From: Squalus acanthias
Lineage: Eukaryota
Direction: 5' to 3'
Assembly: GCA_030390025.1 (NCBI GenBank)
Contig: CM059431.1
Coordinates: 148,058,001 to 148,122,000 of the forward strand
DNA: 64,000 nt
The translations under genes were made by a program, and so were the position numbers. Position 1 is the first letter of the stretch. Every line of letters begins with the position of its first letter. Below the pieces are notes generated by a model, which saw only the letters and a program-made list of their open reading frames with translations, was not told the origin of the DNA and ran no database searches. Positions 60,623 through 64,000 of this stretch are shown here, piece by piece.

Positions 60623-62049
60623 ATGGGGCGACCAATTATTCTGCTGATCAAAGAGATTTACTACCCGATTCTCGCTGCCGTCGTTGTCCTCGGTGAGCCA
60701 ATGTAACCTGTTTGTTGTTAATCTGTCTTAACTGTCATCTTGTTCCTGCAGCCTGTTGGATAAGGTAACGTGTTTCCCGGATGTCAACATTACACAGTCG
60801 GTAGTTACCGGAACAAACTCGTGAACTGTGAGTCCGCACTTTCTGCTTTCCCTATAATGCGATAATTTTACTGATGTTACAATAATCTTTGAAGGTCCAA
60901 CACGGGATTTTAGCTGATTTCCGGACCGTCTTGTCACCCCGTGCAGAGTGGGCAGTGCAGCGGTTCATCAAAATGTGTGGGTGTGTTTCCCAGGTCATGG
61001 CTCCAATATTAATCCTGTTCTCACACTGCTCCATGTTGATAATCACACTGACTGGACTGAGATGCTCTCAACAGGTATTTCCATATCTATTTCAATCAGA
61101 CACTGGGACATTATTTCTCTCCTCTCTCTTTCTTACAGCGAACATGGTGACAATTGTGATTCTCTCCCGAGGAAACTGCGGCCTTTCCAAGTGTATCTCG
61201 GTCTACATGGTGGCCATGGCAACAGCGGATCTACTGGTCATGATCATTAATGTAATGGTGTATCGTATTTTCAGTTTTCACTTTCCACTTTCATTCCTGT
61301 CCCACACTCCCGTGTGTAGGCTAATTATATACATGGCTACTGTCACCTTCGATTTGTCTGTTTGGTTCACCGTCTCCTTCACGTTTGATCGATTTGTAGC
61401 TCTCTGCTACCAGAAGTTTAAAACGAGGTATTGGACCGAGAGATCTGCGACTGCGATTATAGCAACCTTCTCTGTTTTGAGTGGTTTTAAGGATATTCCA
61501 TTTTTGTTTGCATATGAACCTCAGCAAATAATCAACAATCAACATTGGGGCTGCGGATCAAGTCTGGCTTTCTTTCACTCCCCTCTAGGTGTGGGGTACG
61601 TCTGGTTTCACAGCGCCTGGTTGGTTTGGCTTCCCTTTACTTTAATTCTCCTCTTTAATTCATTAACGGTCCGCCGTATTTTAGTGGCCAATAGAGCCCG
61701 CAGAGGACTGCGGGGTCACAGGACTGAGAATCACAGCGATCCAGAGATGGAGAGCCGGAGGAAATCCATCATTTTACTGTTCACTATATCGGGCAGTTTT
61801 ATACTGTTGTGGTTGACAGCTGCCGTGAGTTTTGTAACTACCAGACTGACAAACACCAATTATTACCGAGGCGATCACACAGCCACTGGATATATCGCCA
61901 CGGAAGCCGGAACATTGCTGAAGTTTTTGAGCTGCTTTCAAAACCCGTGTATTTATGCAGCGACCCAGAGGAAATTCAGAGCAGAGCTGAAGAATGTGGT
62001 GAAATCTCCCTGGACACTGATTCTGAGATTAGTTAGAAATAGCGGATAA
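60623..62049 (+). CDS. GPR139/GPR142-like class A GPCR, two exons (60623-60692 and 61139-62049), intact, 326 aa
   Basis: Exon 1 encodes MGRPIILLIKEIYYPILAAVVVL and ends at G|GTGAGC. The acceptor is tttcttacag|CG, a phase-1 intron at the same position as in GPCR 1. Motifs YMVAMATADL, FTFDRFVALC, DPEMESRRKS and NPCIY are present, with seven hydrophobic segments. Confidence 0.9.
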
Positions 62050-62191
62050 GTAGAATCAATCAAACAAAAACTTCTTTTTAACGCCAGCTCAATTTCAACT
62101 ATGTTTCAATGGTGGACCATCCTCTGTTCTGGTAATGTGAACAATGGTTGAGTTCTCGTGTGAACATTCCTTCCATTCCCAGCACACGCAA

Positions 62192-63111
62192 GGCCCAGAA
62201 ATTCATCTCGGGCGTTGGCGCTAAACGGGCGATACCGGATCGTGCCGCCTGATATTCAGTTTCATTGGGGTAAAAATTGAGTCGCGCCCCATTTGGGGCG
62301 CTAACCTCGCCGGGGCGCGACTTTTAGCGCCCCGAAAAAATTAGCGGCCCCGCGCCGGAACTTCAGTGGTTGCGCCCCAAGAGGGAAGCGGGGCGCAACT
62401 GGAAGCAGCCCGCATCCCTCTTGGGGCGCTGCGAGTGAATATCCTGGCGCTACGTGCCGCAGCGCCACGCGCTGCGGCACGTCGCGCCGCGGTATTGCAG
62501 GCCTTCCTCCCCTTCTTAAAGGGGAGGGACCCTGCGCAGCGCGAACCGGGGCCCAGCTGGGCCCCCAGGGATCGGGAGTGCCGGCAAAAGAGCCCGGCAC
62601 TCAAGAGAAGTGCCGGGCTCTTGGAGCGCAGCCGGCACTTCACGGTGGGGGGGCTTCACGGGGGCCGGGGGCAGGTGCTGGCAGGCGGCCAGCAACAAAA
62701 ATGGCCGCCTGCCACCTCCGCTTTAAATATCGCCGCCCCGGCCGCACGTACGCCTCCCTGAACCCGTCGGACATAGCGTCTGGCGGTAAATCAGGGGGCG
62801 CGACTGAAGATCACGGCCGGGGCGCGAGCGGGGTGCTGCGCACGGCGATGACGTCATCGCCGGCGGCGCAGCGCCACAGGGCGCTACCGGCTGCCGCCGC
62901 CGCTAACCTCCCACTAAATTTTTCGGGATGCGTGGGCGGCGCTGCGCCCGGGCGTTAGCTGCTTTACGCCCCATTAGCGCCCTCTTAAGGCGCTAACGGG
63001 AGGCGCAAGCAGCTGAATTTTTCCCCCATTGACTTCTAATCGCTTCCTATAACCGGCGAACGATCTGATACCGCCCGTTTTGCGCCACCGCTCGAGACGA
63101 ATTTCTAGGCC
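62192..63111. mobile_element. MITE with ~50-bp TIRs and 3-bp TSD (CAA), Harbinger-like
   Basis: Left end ggcccagaaattcatctcgggcgttggcgctaaacgggcgataccggatcg versus the reverse complement of the right end ggcctagaaattcgtctcgagcggtggcgcaaaacgggcggtatcagatcg. Confidence 0.8.
62267..63027. mobile_element. Second GC-rich MITE nested in the first, 3-bp TSD (ATT)
   Basis: att|ggggtaaaaatt ... aatttttccccc|att. Confidence 0.75.
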
Positions 63112-64000
63112 CAATGGCTGCATTACTTTCCTTTTTCACACTTCTTGTACTGGGTAAACATAATCTATCCCTGCAAATTCAGCACATTTCATGTTTAGGG
63201 ATCAAATTTAACAAGGATGAGGTTCAGTAGTAGAGCCGGCCGAATGGGCAACAGAGCAATCCGCCTTACACTACAGATGCTGGGATTGGGCGCGCCAGTT
63301 TAAAATTATCATTAAAGTTTCAAAACATGATTAAAGTTTAAATTGGTGCCGAAACAATTAAAGGACTTGTGATCGCCTATCTGTCCTGAAAGTTTGGTGT
63401 GAATATTGCAGGCGCGGGTCTCTCTATTGGACATCATTCCTCATTCACAAATATATCGGGGCTCTTGTCATGTGCTAAGTGTTAGAATGAAGGAGCCAGA
63501 ACTTGGCTCATCGATGTGACCTTTCACCTCTTTTGTCCCAGATACTTACTTAAAATCTGGATTGTCCGCTGACTGGTGTCTCCCACTCAGCAAAATGCTG
63601 GAGTCTGCCTTGTTTTGTGCGTTCGATAGAAGAATCATGAATAATAATAATGCTGTTCTGACTCAACCAGTATCCCAAACAAATTAGTGAAGGAATATCA
63701 AAATTAATGTTTTGTCATAAAGTTACTAACTGTTACAATTGTTGCATGTTATCTGTAAATAACACTGCCTGGAATCAAGAAAAAATCGAACTGATATTAA
63801 ATATTCTGTGTTTGGCGGAACATTTGCAGACGGTCAGAAAGAATCTTTGGTATATCATCCTCTCAACTTATTGTATTTGATATGGTTCTTCCTTGAACAC
63901 TTCGCCTGAAATGCATCATAAACCCTCTTTTGTTGTTTCATCATCTTCTCTATCTCCGTCGTCATCCAAGGAGCCCTTGTTTTGGTTCCCTTACCCTTCC

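Noticed and set aside
60889..61138. 83-aa N-terminal extension of the 386-aa GPCR ORF
   Set aside because: It is open intron sequence before a polypyrimidine/AG acceptor. The true TM1 start is in exon 1 at 60623-60692.
62301..62958. Ala/Arg/Pro-rich ORFs and an apparent CpG island
   Set aside because: They lie inside the GC-rich nested MITE and show no transposase motifs.

Overview
Repeat-rich vertebrate genomic DNA, most likely from a cartilaginous fish (inferred from the CR1 families, the 32-bp CACTGTAACACTCTGATATA minisatellite and the GPR139-like receptors). The only host genes I can support are two divergently oriented, two-exon GPR139/GPR142-like class A GPCRs. One is on the - strand (22458-15649, with a single in-frame TAG) and one is on the + strand (60623-62049, intact, 326 aa). 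The rest is a nested stack of mobile DNA: many CR1 LINEs, a young intact Gypsy LTR element, a Penelope-like element, RTE and L2-like fragments, a SINE, nested MITEs and at least six tandem-repeat arrays. The main unexpected signals are: (i) decayed envelope genes that align by eye to paramyxovirus F fusion proteins, one beside an apparent PPT/LTR (lokiretrovirus-like); (ii) an 11-bp PBS/LTR hairpin in the Gypsy element instead of a tRNA PBS, together with a YLDN RT motif; (iii) hammerhead ribozyme cores in the Penelope-like termini; and (iv) shared homeodomain-type promoter motifs on the two GPCRs. All alignments were done by eye and no database searches were run.
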